NCBI GenBank assembly: GCA_964016885.1
Contig: OZ024749.1
Coordinates: forward strand, 9,486,001-9,550,000
Direction of reading: 5' to 3'
DNA length: 64,000 nucleotides
Source: Eledone cirrhosa
Taxonomy: Eukaryota
Positions 43,803 through 55,929 of this stretch are shown piece after piece. Within the stretch, counting starts at the first letter, position 1. Each line of letters begins with the position of its first letter. The notes under the pieces are model-generated. The model did not search any database, had not been told where the DNA came from, and saw nothing but the letters and a program-made list of their open reading frames with translations. A program made the translations under genes and the position numbers.

Positions 43803-44005
43803 TAATTGCCTTATGTTGTTTATTACATAATAATAATAATTAAGCTCTGTTGCCTACATAGAGCACTCTTTTTTCCTGGACTTTTCCGATGGAATTACTT
43901 CATTCACACACATATATATATATATATAGAAAAAGAAAAAAAGATGAAATCGAAAATGCAACTGGAGTCTTATTTTTTTTTTAAATATATATATTTATTT
44001 GGTTC

Positions 44006-44041
44006 CTTTACCGGTTTCGCAGTTCTTCTGCTTTTCAAAAG
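44006..44041 (-). ncRNA. Degenerate hammerhead motif
   Basis: CUU-UUGAAAA(two core changes)-GCAG-AAGAA-CUGC-GAAAC-CG-GUA-AAG, then AATAAA. Confidence 0.55.
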
Positions 44042-44105
44042 TAGAGTTGAGACGGAGGGTCTGTGGTTTTTCTCACATATATATATATATATACATATAT
44101 ATATT

Positions 44106-44189
<84 letters not shown>

Positions 44190-44910
44190 TATATGAGCAA
44201 TGGACTATGCCATATGGGTTGGACTTGCAAGTGCATTGAAAGATGTGTAACTCTGATATACATATTATTTATTATTAAGATGTATAAACTTGACACTTAT
44301 TATCATCTTATATTCTCTCAACTAATCACATTATCATTATATTTCTCTCTCCCGTTTTCTCCCCCCATATTTATAATATTTTTATTTAACAAAATCTGTT
44401 TTTTTACATCGTGTTTTTCCCTTTCTGATACTTGCTTATATTTTTTATATATTCTCTATATATTTTTCATATATATTCTTTTATTTTTATTTTTATTCTC
44501 ATTTTTATCCTCCTTTATATTTTATTTTATTTTTACTTTTATACCTTATTATAGTGTAATCTTCCCTATGCCTTATTATACATTATTAACTATAAATTAT
44601 TATTATTATTCCATTTCTAATTACCTCATGTACTTTCTCCTCCATTATATATATATTATATGTCCTTTGTGTGTGTAGCCTCTGCACACCCTCTGCACCC
44701 TACTATCAATGCCGCCCCATCTATGGCTCCACTAACCACTCGACTCCCGGGAATGAATATGACCACAGCTAGTAAACAAGGACCCACACCCCACCCTCCC
44801 GAACCTAAATTAGACTTATTGTCCCCTGCTTTTGCTCTTTACTCTCTTTACTCTTTGTTCTTGAATGTTTGGTTGGTAGAGTCCATAACACTAATCAAAC
44901 CCCTTTTATA

Positions 44911-44955
44911 GCTCTTAAGAATCCTACGGTTACGTAAGGAAGAAACATTGTAAGC
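44911..44955 (+). ncRNA. Degenerate hammerhead motif upstream of the Hydra-like ORF
   Basis: GCU-CUUAAGA(one core change)-UCCU..AGGA stem II-GAAAC-AUU-GUA-AGC, AATAAA at 44957. Confidence 0.55.
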
Positions 44956-45166
44956 CAATAAAAAATGTGTGATGTTGTAGACGCTCTTGTGTTCTTTATC
45001 ATATATACGGCTCTGCTCCAAAGCATTGAGCTAATTATTATACTGCCAATACCTTAATGGGACACGGGTATACAATACCTAACTCCTATTAACCTAAGTA
45101 TTTCTATGGCTCCCCCCGGTTGAGCTAACTCCTTATAACCTGTCCACCTTGTGTGTATGATTATAA

Positions 45167-47716
45167 TTGATTGGCCGCATGCTAACTAAAGACTCCCTAC
45201 CTATATCACTCAAGAACATCCCAACCCCATCCAGGACTACCTATGAGAAATTACTGATAGCTATCGTCAACTCCTTCGTTAAGCGTATTAGATGGCGCAC
45301 TTTCCACTTCGATAAGAGAAATAAGAAACCAACCACGGTGTCCCCCAATAATAAATTCGGTTTTAAAACCTATAGGAGCCCGCCGCATAACTCCATGCTA
45401 GATGGATTTGAGAATGACCTCCTATCACTAGTAAGGAATATTAAGTATAAAAACCCCCATAGGAATAACAACAAATTCCGGATGAAGCTCGAAACCTTAG
45501 TTAAGGGCTTTAGCGATAAAAGAGATATCCTTGTCACCTCGGATAAAACCAGAAATATTTATAGCTTAAATTATGATACGTATCGCAGGTTTATATACAA
45601 TGAATTAAATAGAAACTATAAAAAGACAACAAGCGCAAACCTAGATGAAATTAATAAGGAAGCATGTGCCATAGTGGATAAACTAGGCCTGGAAAAGTAT
45701 ACCCAACCATATACCCCTAGGCAACCCAGGTTCACCCTTAAAGACCATAAGGCTGACTTCATTAGTAAACCCTCTGTTAGATTAATTAGCCCATTGAAGT
45801 CGGATATAGGGATTATCAGTAAGAAAATTCTAGACGGCGTTATATCTACCATCAGGAAGAAAATAAAATTAGAACTATGGGAGAATACAGAAGAGGTTTG
45901 AAATGGTTCTCAAGCCTTAGCAACCATAAATCCCTTAAATTTATACAATTCGACATCGATGCGTACTACACCTCAATCTCCCCCATACTCCTTAATGAGG
46001 CCCTAATCATGGCTATGCAGAAAAGTGACCTCACTAGGTCCCAAATTGATGTTATTCTTGCGGCCCGGAAAACGATAATCACATTTGAGGACGAATTGTG
46101 AACCCGCAAGAATACGCCCAATAACTTCGACATTACAATGGGATCTAGTGACTCTGCACAAGTCACGGACCTGGTAGGATTGTACCTCTTAAAGGAGTTA
46201 CATGGGACATTACCGCACCTGAAGGGCGGCTTATATCGTGATGACACCCTCTTCACTCTCGAGTATAAAAAGTGCAATATAGAACGAACTAGGAAACAGT
46301 TACGTAGGTTCTTTAAAAGCTTTAATCTAAGTATTACCATAGATGCAAATGACAAAACAGTAAACTTCTTAGACGCCACCCTTGACTTAGAAACTAAAAC
46401 ATTTGCACCCTACCATAAACCTAATGATAGACTAACATACGTAAACGCCAGCTCTAACCACCCCAAATCAGTCCTAAACGCTATTCCCAAAGGGGTCTCT
46501 AATAGAATTAGCAGACTGTCCTGTAATGAGAGTATCTTCAACTCCAATGCAGAGTATTATAACAAGGCCCTAGCAGAATCTGGTTACGGGAACAGATTAT
46601 CATATATACATAAGGACTCCCAAACCATGAGTGTGAAACCTACCAACATAATCACACATAGTATGGCCACAAAGCCTAACCAACTTAGAGGCAAGAATAA
46701 TAGTAAGAACCCTAATGGCGGTAACCCAGCTAAATGTAAACCACGTAGAGACAATACTAGAGTCCCTCACCACAACTCTAAAGCAGCAAATGGTCATGCC
46801 ATGAATATAAACCATCCGAGCATAAGCAAAACAGACAGCGCCACTAACTTTAATAACGGAACCCTACAAAATAGTACGCACAGTAACGAGACTACCCCAC
46901 AGATAAGAAAAATAGAAGAAGGAAAAACATGTATTTTAACCCACCTTTTAACTCTGAGGTCCTCACTAACCTCCCCAGAGTATTCTTCTCATTATTAGAA
47001 AAAACTTCCCACCAGGCAATAGATATCGCAACATAATTAACAAAAACGTGATTAAATTATCCTATTCGACCACACCTAACCTCGCATCACACCTAGCACG
47101 CACGAACATTAGGAATACTAGGGAAGGTTTCGAAACAATTAAAATGGCAACTAACCACCAGCAACCGACTACACTGAGAAATAGGCAACATAATAGCATC
47201 ACTGAGCCATCTAATGGTATAGAGGCACCTAGTGATAATGCTAATAACCAAAGTTCGGGAGGTACACTAACTGATCGAACCCGCAGTTGCAATTGTAGGC
47301 GGAGTAGTAACTGTCCCCTAAGGGGGGCTTGCCTCATGAAAATCATCGTATATGCATGTGACGTAACCACACACAACTCTACCAAAACATATATAGGATC
47401 AACGTCCAATACATTTAAAACTAGATATAACGCGCATATAAGCACATTTAGACAGGTTAGACATAAGAATGCCACTTCACTGGCGGGATACATCTCCTTT
47501 TTAAAAAATAATAGTACCCCATACAAACTTTTTTCGAGGAAGCTTAATAGATCCACGCCATACCGACCGCAGAGCGGGAGTTGTGACCTGTGTTTACTAG
47601 AATGCCATGCCATAATACACTCTAAACTGAACCTGCTTAACAGGAAATCTGAAATTTTCTCCTCTTGCCAACACAAAATCCTGAGTTCCTTCTTCTATTT
47701 TAAACCTAGCACATAG
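45167..47716 (+). mobile_element. Penelope-like retroelement, Hydra-clade-like; RT plus C-terminal GIY-YIG endonuclease; disrupted
   Basis: SLKNIP, RIRWR, SDKT, FDIDAYYTSI, MGSSDSAQ, LYRDD, VNFLD, SNHP, CNCRRSSNCPLRGAC, IVY..TYIGST..FKTRY..H, CDLCLLE; frameshifts near 45895 and 46915, in-frame TGA at 46099. Confidence 0.88.
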
Positions 47717-49485
47717 ACGTAACATATATTACGCAACCCCCACCTAGACATACCCCACCTTGACTATAACTCCCCCCCCCCCCAACCCATAACCCAGATA
47801 GATAAGTAGTCTATAGGTGGAACAGTCCCCCACCGGGCTACAGCTTTGGGAGAATAGATTTTGGGACACGAGACGGTGTGGAGTAAATAGAATGTCATAC
47901 TCTCATCTAGGTTACACTACTGCTGGATGGCATTTTGTCTTAGCCCTCATCTTAAGTTGCGCTGCACGACCGCCCCGTAGTACTGCAGGCTCCCCTGCGA
48001 CTCATTCATTTATTTGCTCCTCTATGGACCCCCATAAATACGCCTATGTGGGTGCATGTCATCGAATATGGGTGTGTACATGTGTGTGGGCCTATGTGTG
48101 TGGGCGTTGGTATGTCGGGAACGAGGAGTCGCATGTATGTGCGCATATGTGTGCACTGGCTAGTGCCGCGGCATGATCACACTCTGTGGATCCAATATCA
48201 TATGCCCTATATCTTGTGGGTGAACCTCTATCGCTATATTAACCCCTCAGGTTCAGTATATCTTAAAGCTCGCTCACCCCCACGTGTCTGTGTACATGCA
48301 TGCGTGTCGTGGGGTGGTGTTCTATATGTCTGGGTTAGGTGAATGTGGGCTCGTATGTGTGTGTGTGTGTGTGCGTGAATACATGTGTGTGTGCACGTGT
48401 GTGTGCACGCATGCAGATGGGGGAATATCTACCCATATGCTAGTACACCCCAACCTCTCGTGCGTGTGTGTGTATGCATACGTACATGTATGGGTGTGTA
48501 TGAGTGTGTGTATGTCTGCGCACATGGCCATATATAACAATACACCCCAGCCTCTATCATCTGTGCGTGTGTGTGTGTGCATGAATGTATACATATATGC
48601 GTGTTTGAGTGTGTGTGTGTCGCTGTCCATGTGTACACTCAGACAGATGCGGGAACGTCTGCGGGTGTGCATTCTTATACTAGTTCACCCCAACCTCCAC
48701 CATAAAAGCAAGGCCTCCTCTTCCTCCCCACTCCCTATTGCCTTTCTTGTATGATACAAGTGAACATCCACTCATGTAATAACGCACTATGTGTTATATA
48801 TTATGTATTGTGTACTTCGCTATGTGTCGCCGAAAGGTTATTTGGAGGGAAATCTCGGAGAGAGAATTTTTTTCTGTAGAAGTCTTCTCTATATGTGGTG
48901 TTTGGCATGAATTCCTCCTATAATACTCTTCTTTGAGAGGAGCACGATATGTAAAGTAACACATATGTATTGTCGCAGTGGAAACTGAGAACCACCTACC
49001 CTCCAGCTGACCCAAATGTATACTGAAGACCGGAACACCACTCTCCACAATATAAGAGAGGAATGCGCTTGCCGGAATATTGATGACCAAAACATCACAC
49101 TCCAAGGTCATGGCAAAACACAGTGACCGGTAAACACGACCAAAACATCACAACATGCACATCGGAGCAACAGAGATCTGGGAATATCAGATATAATATC
49201 AATAAGGGAATCAATTGTATTTTTTGAATAGAAATACATATAAATATGTCTGTGTGTATCGGAAAAACGTGCACATGAAGAAACTGCTGACCTAAATGTA
49301 CCTGTCATGCCTGTCTGAATTCCCAGGAGAATTTTCGGTCAGTTACTATCTTGACCGCTTACCCTCACAATTACTGCGTAGCGGTTCTTGCACGTGACTG
49401 CTAGACCCGGATGAAACGAAGACGAAGAATTTCCTTGCGTACCGTTATTTACCACAGATGCGATTTCACGTATATATATATATAC

Positions 49486-49516
<31 letters not shown>

Positions 49517-49698
49517 TAGATAGATAGATATAGATAGGTAAATATACACGGGTGTGTATGATTGTGTATAGAAGATTATATTAATAAGAGGAATTACAAC
49601 TTTGTCTGATTTACTCGTTTTATTTACAATCCTTTAAAATATATAATGGTATTATAATGAAATAGTATGATAGAATATTAAATTCTAAGTGTTAATTG

Positions 49699-49733
49699 AA
49701 CAAGTACTTTCATGCTTTCGCAATCTTCAGGTT
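49699..49733 (-). ncRNA. Minimal hammerhead in the 3' UTR of the Neptune-like element
   Basis: AAC-CUGAAGA-U-UGC-GAAA-GCA-U-GAAA-GUAC-UU-GUU; palindromic GUAC in stem III; AATAAA downstream at 49619-49624. Confidence 0.75.
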
Positions 49734-50105
49734 TATAATATGTGGTGACAGTCGAGTTTGCAATTTTCAACTGTAATGAGATGGGTAAATTTCCTACCTT
49801 TTATACATTTTATACAGAGAAAAGTGGCTCCAGAATGCTAAGCCCTGTAAACTGTATTTCGACCAATCAGTGTGTAGTTTCACTGAATTACTAAAGCTGA
49901 TTGGTTTAAGCGTCACGGCTGGTTGAGCATGCTAACGACCATATCCAAAGCATCAATTGTTTTGCTATTTTTAGAAATGATGAAAATAGCATTTTCTATT
50001 AATCATCACCATCAACATCACTTTTATTATTATTATTATTATTATTGTTGTTGTTGTTAGTGGTCGTGGTCATAGTGGTAGTAGAAGTAATACCCCTAAG
50101 CGTTA

Positions 50106-52421
50106 TTATTGTTCATTTAGCTTGGGTTTGAATTTATCAATAAAATTCTTTTCTTTGATTTTTCTCTTGATTTCACTTGGGCTGTGTAATTTGTAGAATG
50201 GGAATATTATAAATATTCCCTGACCACATGTTGCCAGGTGGCCGCTTAGGGGTATCTGACGGACATTTGGGTCTCTGATTTGTTGACGGTGTACCCGTGC
50301 ACGTTCCGATAGTGCATTTCCAGTTTGACCGACATATAGTTCTTCACAATTCGGGCATTTAATGCAGTAAATTAGATTTCTGCTTTTGCAGTTCATATTT
50401 GCATTTGGGAATATTTTTCCAGTTTTTGTTTTCATATATTGACCGGCGTGTATGGATTGACATGTGCCGCATCGACTATTATTGCATTTAGATACAGTGA
50501 ATGATTGGTCTTTGTTGTTAAGGTCAAACTTTGCTTTTGTTAGTAATTGCTTCAAATTTTTTGGCTGTCTTTTACTAAGAGTCAAAGATCGATCTGTGAT
50601 TAAGCCTTTTAATTAATTACTTTGAGCAATGATCGGTAGGTTTGCTTTGGCAGTGTTGAAGATATTCTGGTGACATGGGTTGTGTGTCATTATAAATGGT
50701 ATGACCAGTTCTTGGTTTCTTCTTCCTTGGGTTGTTCTAAGTTGTTGTATAGGTATTTTTATAGCCCGCTGTATGCCATTTTCTATAAGTAGAGATGGGT
50801 ATTTTTGTTTGAGCAAAAATTCTCTTAGTTCTGTGAGGCGTTTGTACCTGGTATTCGTATCTTCTACAATGGTACAAATTCTTCTGGCTAGGCAGTATGG
50901 GATGTTGCGTTTTGTATGAGGTGGATGGCACGACTTAAAATTCAGATATTGATGGGTGTCTGTGTGTTTATAATATATATCCGTGGTAATGGTGGTGTCG
51001 TTTTTGATTATCATTATATCTAGGAATGGTAATTTGGTCCTACTCATCTCTTTTGTGAATTGGAGAGATGGGTGTAGGTTATTCAGGAGGATATTGAACT
51101 CATCCAGAGTATCTAGAGATTCTGTCCAGATGATGAAACAGTCGTCAAGGTATCTCTTCCAAGATTTTTCAATGTACTTTCTAAAGTCAGTACTATATTT
51201 TTCCTCTATTTCTTGGTAGAGTTGTTGTTCTAAGTATCCCATTACAGAGTTCGCGTAAACGGGAGCAAACTTCGTTCCCATCGCTGTGCCTCTAATTTGG
51301 ATGTAATTCTTTCCATTGAAGAAGAAAGTGTTGTTTTCCAGAATAAGTTTAACTGCGTCTAATATAAATGGCGCTGTGAATCTAATGGGAATCACTTCTC
51401 TATGTTTTTCCACCCAGTATTTAACCGCCTTTATTCCTAAATCATGTGTAATGTTGGTGTAAAGGCTTACCACATCAAAACTGAGTAGAAGTGAATTCGT
51501 TTCCGTGGTTTTGGGAAGATGGGACAGGAAGTCGATATCATCCCGGATGAAACTGGGTATGTGAATACATAGTGGTTTCAAAATAATGTCAACAAAATTG
51601 CTTAGACGGTGGGTGGGGCATGTTGGACCAGCTATAATAGGTCTAAGTTTTAAGTCTTTTGGGTGTAATAATTTAATGTACTCACTGTTTTGTTCTCTTA
51701 CTGCCAGTTGTATTTCTTTTGACTTATGAACTTTCGGTAGGCCATACAGGTTGCTGGGTTTCGGCTCAAAATTGGTGATGTAGTCTCTTTCCTTATCAGT
51801 AAATGAGTTGTGGTATTTTGAAGCCAGGTTGTTGATCTTCTTCATGATGTTGTGGTCTATATTTGACGGTATTTCATGATAGAATGTTGTGTCTTTCAGT
51901 TGTTCCTCAACCAAATCCTTGTAGTATTCAGTATCCATTATAACAACTGCACCCCCTTTATCTGCTTGTTTAATTATTATTGTTTTATCATTTTGTATAC
52001 GTTTAAGTGCAGACATTTCTGATTTGTTAATGTTTGGCCTAACATTAGTATTATGTCTAAGAGGAAATTTAGACAGGATGTCGAGATAGATATTTCTTCC
52101 TTTTGGCGGAGTGAAATTTGATTTATTCTTTACTAGTGATTCATCACTCTCATTATTTTTATCAGCGAAGAATTCTACAAGACGTAATTTTCGACAGAAT
52201 TCTTGGGTATCCTCCTTCAGTTCTTGGTGGTTGACTGTTGGAGTCGGTGTGAATTTCAGTCCTTTTGACAGAATTTGCATTTCATCATTGTCAAGATCTC
52301 TTTTAGATAAATTAATTATTTTAGGATCTACGTGTACAGCTGTTTTGGGTATGTTTCCTCCTGGAGTTTTTCTTTTTCCGGTTTTTGTTGTCCTGACGTT
52401 AAAAAATGGATTTTTCTCTGT
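50106..52421 (-). CDS. PLE reverse transcriptase plus GIY-YIG endonuclease; one in-frame TAA at 50613-50615
   Basis: IINLS, LSKGLKF, ADKG, YGLPKVHK, RPII, FDVVSLYTNI, GTAMG, RYLDD, PFLD, CNNSRCGTC linker, LIYCIKCPNC..YVGQTG; the two listed ORFs are in the same frame, 27 nt apart. Confidence 0.9.
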
Positions 52422-52874
52422 TCAGGATTTATATTCCTGTTGGTGTTCGCTTGATGAACTTTTGGTCGTGATATTATATTTGGTTTCGTTATGTATTTTG
52501 TCCTAATTTTGGTATTCTATATATTATTTTTCTTCCTGTTAGCATTATTTTTAACAATCTGGAAAAATGACCTAGGTTTGCTTTCAGGTTTAGATCGTTT
52601 TTTCGTCCAGTTTCTTGTGGGCAAACCTCGTAAATACCTAATTACAGAAATTGCAGGAGAAACAAAACTCCGATGGGAACTTACATTGACAAAATTCAGG
52701 ACCGACATCTCCATTTCTGAATTAATAACAGAACATATATATATATATATATACATTCATTAGTTAAGCAAAACAAGACCACAAACTTCACAAGGAAGAC
52801 ATTATTAAAAGATTGTCAACATATTTTAGTTTGATGTAAGGAATGTAGAGAATAATAATAATAATATTAATAAT

Positions 52875-53060
52875 AATTGTTTCTACTTTAGGCACAAGGC
52901 CAGCAATAACCCAGTACATTACTGGTACTTTATTTTATCGACCCCGTAAGGATGAAAGGCAAAGTTAACCTCGGCGGGATTTGAACTCAGACTGTAAAGG
53001 GACGTAACTATGCTAGAAAGCATGGCATCCAACCCTCTACCGATACTGCCAATTCACCGC
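52875..53060 (-). mobile_element. SINE-A
   Basis: Full-length reverse-complement copy. Confidence 0.88.
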
Positions 53061-53506
53061 TATAATAATAATAATACAGGGAAGTAATAATGAAACAATA
53101 TAGTAAGGAAGGAATGGGAGGTTATTTTTGCTTTCTGTATTTTCTTATTCATATAAATAGTTTCTTTCCTCTTCTCCAGTTATTTTATATCAAAATGCTT
53201 CTAGATTCTTTTTCTTCTTCATTTTCCTCTTCCTTCACCTCTCCTTTATTCCTACTTTTTACTCCTTTTGCTTTTCTTCTTCTCATCAATCTTTTGTCCT
53301 CTCCCCTCACCAATCCATTCTATTTTTCTCTAATGAAAGAACCTATATGTAGTCGCCCGACTTCCTAAAAATGACAGCCAAGTCTCCCTTGATTCACATA
53401 GTACCCTCTTAGAAAAGATGGTTATATTTGCTAGTTGTTCAAGCCCTTAAAAACTCAACCATCTTTGCTTCCATATTATACTGAGTCTGTAAATTTCAGC
53501 CGATTA

Positions 53507-53753
53507 TACAAAGGTACAATTAAGTAACTCAATTAAAACTAAAAAAAAGGGGCCCTTTCCCACCATTATCTTCTGATCCTTCACAAACCTTCAGAGTTCA
53601 CTGAGCCAAAGCATGTCTCCAATTTTTGGAGGGATTTTCAAAAACGAATGAGGCACAAATCTTTTCCTAAATAGGGTGTCATTCTATTGTCAATAAATTT
53701 TCCAATGGAAGAAATTGAATTCATCATTGTAAGCAGTTAATTATACCCCTGTA
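53507..53753. mobile_element. Possible Tc1/mariner-type MITE
   Basis: Imperfect TIRs TACAAAGGTACAATTAA / TTAATTATACCCCTGTA with TA ends. Confidence 0.4.
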
Positions 53754-53814
53754 TCCCTCTGCAGTACCTCCGAGCATAGGATTCAAACTATTGATTTCTT
53801 AGCTAGTTATCATC

Positions 53815-54135
53815 ATGCTCACATAAGGTAGAGGGTTCCTTTTCAGCACAGCATCTCTCCACACATCACTTCCTTTATCATCTCCTCTGTGTGTCTCAGC
53901 AATTTAAGATCAGCTCTTACCACCTCCACCCTGGTCTTCCTTGGTTTACCTCTACTGTGGCTTTCCCCCATTGAGATTTTTTGGCACATCTTCGTCCAGT
54001 GATCATCATTCATGCCTATCACATGTCCATACCAATGCAATTCTCTTTCTTGTGCACCACTTCGGATTCCTCTTAAACTCTGTTTCTCTCACACATTGCA
54101 CATCCAACAAAGTATGGTAGCTTCATTTCTCTAGT
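53815..54135 (-). pseudogene. Decayed RTE 3' fragment
   Basis: HWYGHV, SRGKPRKT. Confidence 0.8.
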
Positions 54136-54305
54136 TATGTTTAATCAAAATAAAAAATGAAGTTTCTGTAGTTGTATATTTTCGACCTAACCATCAACAC
54201 AAACCTCAGGAAACCAGTCAGTCAGCTGATCCACCTTTCAAATGAACATGCAAGGCAAATAGACTATATACTCACTAGGTAGTGAAACAGATAAATGATC
54301 ATTAA

Positions 54306-54464
54306 CTCTTTGGCATTTAAACTGACATACTGATATTAAGGTATTGTTCTCAATAAATGACATCAAAATCTCATAGATTCAATATTATGTGAAATAAAGC
54401 TTTTACCATAAAAATATAATAGTAAATATAATAGTACATATAGAGTAATGTAAATGCTAAAAGG
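54306..54464. mobile_element. piggyBac-type MITE
   Basis: TTAA|CTCTTTGGCATTTA ... TAAATGCTAAAAGG|TTAA. Confidence 0.65.
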
Positions 54465-54954
54465 TTAATGCCAAATCTTTTCCTAGTGAAGAATATACCT
54501 TACAAAACAAATTAAGTATCAGTGTCTTAGAATAGGGAGCTTGACATTAGAGTAAGAGCTACATGGACTTAGACAAAAACTAGCCTGGTGAAGGAAGATA
54601 TGGAAGCTAAAAGAACCCTCAGCTGGCAACAAATTCAGAGAAATCCTACTCGACACTTATAAGAGTAAGGAACATAAGATGGAGACTATAGCATTGAGGA
54701 AAATTGAGAATTTCTAGAAGACAACCTGCTGAAGGTCACGACTAAGACTGTGCTTTGATCATTAACCTACCTGTAATCCTACAACATTGTTCATGTGTAT
54801 ATAGATTTCCCAGTTCATACATTATGGAATTACTACTTATCTGCTTCAAATACCCAATAAAATATTCTTTGGATCTCAGTGTGAATGGCCTGACTCTAGC
54901 CAATGGTCACCTAACTACCCTATATTCAACAAATAAACTGCGACTTTTGTTGAA

Positions 54955-55398
54955 ATCCACAGCATAGAGTTACATCCCTTTTTGTTCTGAGTTCAAATCC
55001 CACCAAAGTTAGCTTTGCCTTTCATCCTTATGGGCTTGATAAAATAAAGCACCAGTATTGCACTGGCGTCGATTTAATCGACTTTCTGCTCTCCTATAAA
55101 TTGTTGGCCTTGTTCCTAAAGTAAAAACAATTATTACTATGAATGTTAATGTTAGTTTTATTGTTATTGTTTGCTTAAAAACTCATTTATAATAGTACAT
55201 ATCTCTTTATATATTTCATTATATTTCGGTAGAGTGTCGGACGTCATGCTTTGACGCATAGAGTTACGGCCCTTTCCATTCTGAGTTCAAATCCCGCCAA
55301 GGTCAACTTTACCTTTCATCCTTATGAGGTCGATAAAATAAAGTACCAGTAATGTACTGGGTAATTGCTGGCCTTGTGCCAAAAGTAGAAACAATTAT
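54955..55398 (+). mobile_element. Two SINE-A copies
   Basis: Core and tail motifs. Confidence 0.82.
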
Positions 55399-55854
55399 AT
55401 TTCTATACATTTTATAACTTTAAACAACCTAAGTTCTTTCTTGATGGCACACCTTCTCTCTATATATATATCTTTCCTTGTAAAGATAAAGACATCATTC
55501 TACGAGTAGTTTGACAAGTTGATATATAAACTTGTGATACAACATATTTGAAGTCGATTTATCCCAATATCTATATCAACTTAGCGATTCTAGCTGTAAT
55601 CGTTTTTGTATTAATGAAACACATGTTATGTAATAAATATTGGTCCTTCAATTGTGGAATTTGGTGTATTCATGTAATTTATTGATTTCTATATAAATAT
55701 TCCAGGAATTATCACTTATCATACGGTTGTTCACCACAGGAACAACTATGAAAAGCAATTCGTATATTGAGTCAAAAACCACTGTATGTTGACAGTCTTC
55801 CATTTCATATTAAATCAATTTAACTAATTGAAACTGATTACTACTATCATACCC

Positions 55855-55878
55855 TCCTCTCTCTCTCTCTCTCCCTCT

Positions 55879-55929
<51 letters not shown>

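Larger units (their letters stand above)
42504..43838. repeat. ~1.33-kb inverted repeat centred on (TA)n at ~43162
   Basis: Arms are reverse complements, differing by a few substitutions and microsatellite lengths. Confidence 0.95.
49550..52735 (-). mobile_element. Penelope-like retroelement, Neptune-like, near full length
   Basis: RT-EN ORF, 3' UTR hammerhead, (TA)n on both flanks. Confidence 0.88.

Noticed and set aside
46099-46101. In-frame TGA as selenocysteine (as in some Naiad PLEs)
   Set aside because: Single TGA at a position where Trp is plausible (TGG to TGA); the element also has frameshifts and no SECIS was recognised
49020-49085. CTGAAGA-CCGG...CCGGAAT as a hammerhead
   Set aside because: No GAAA and no convincing stems I or III
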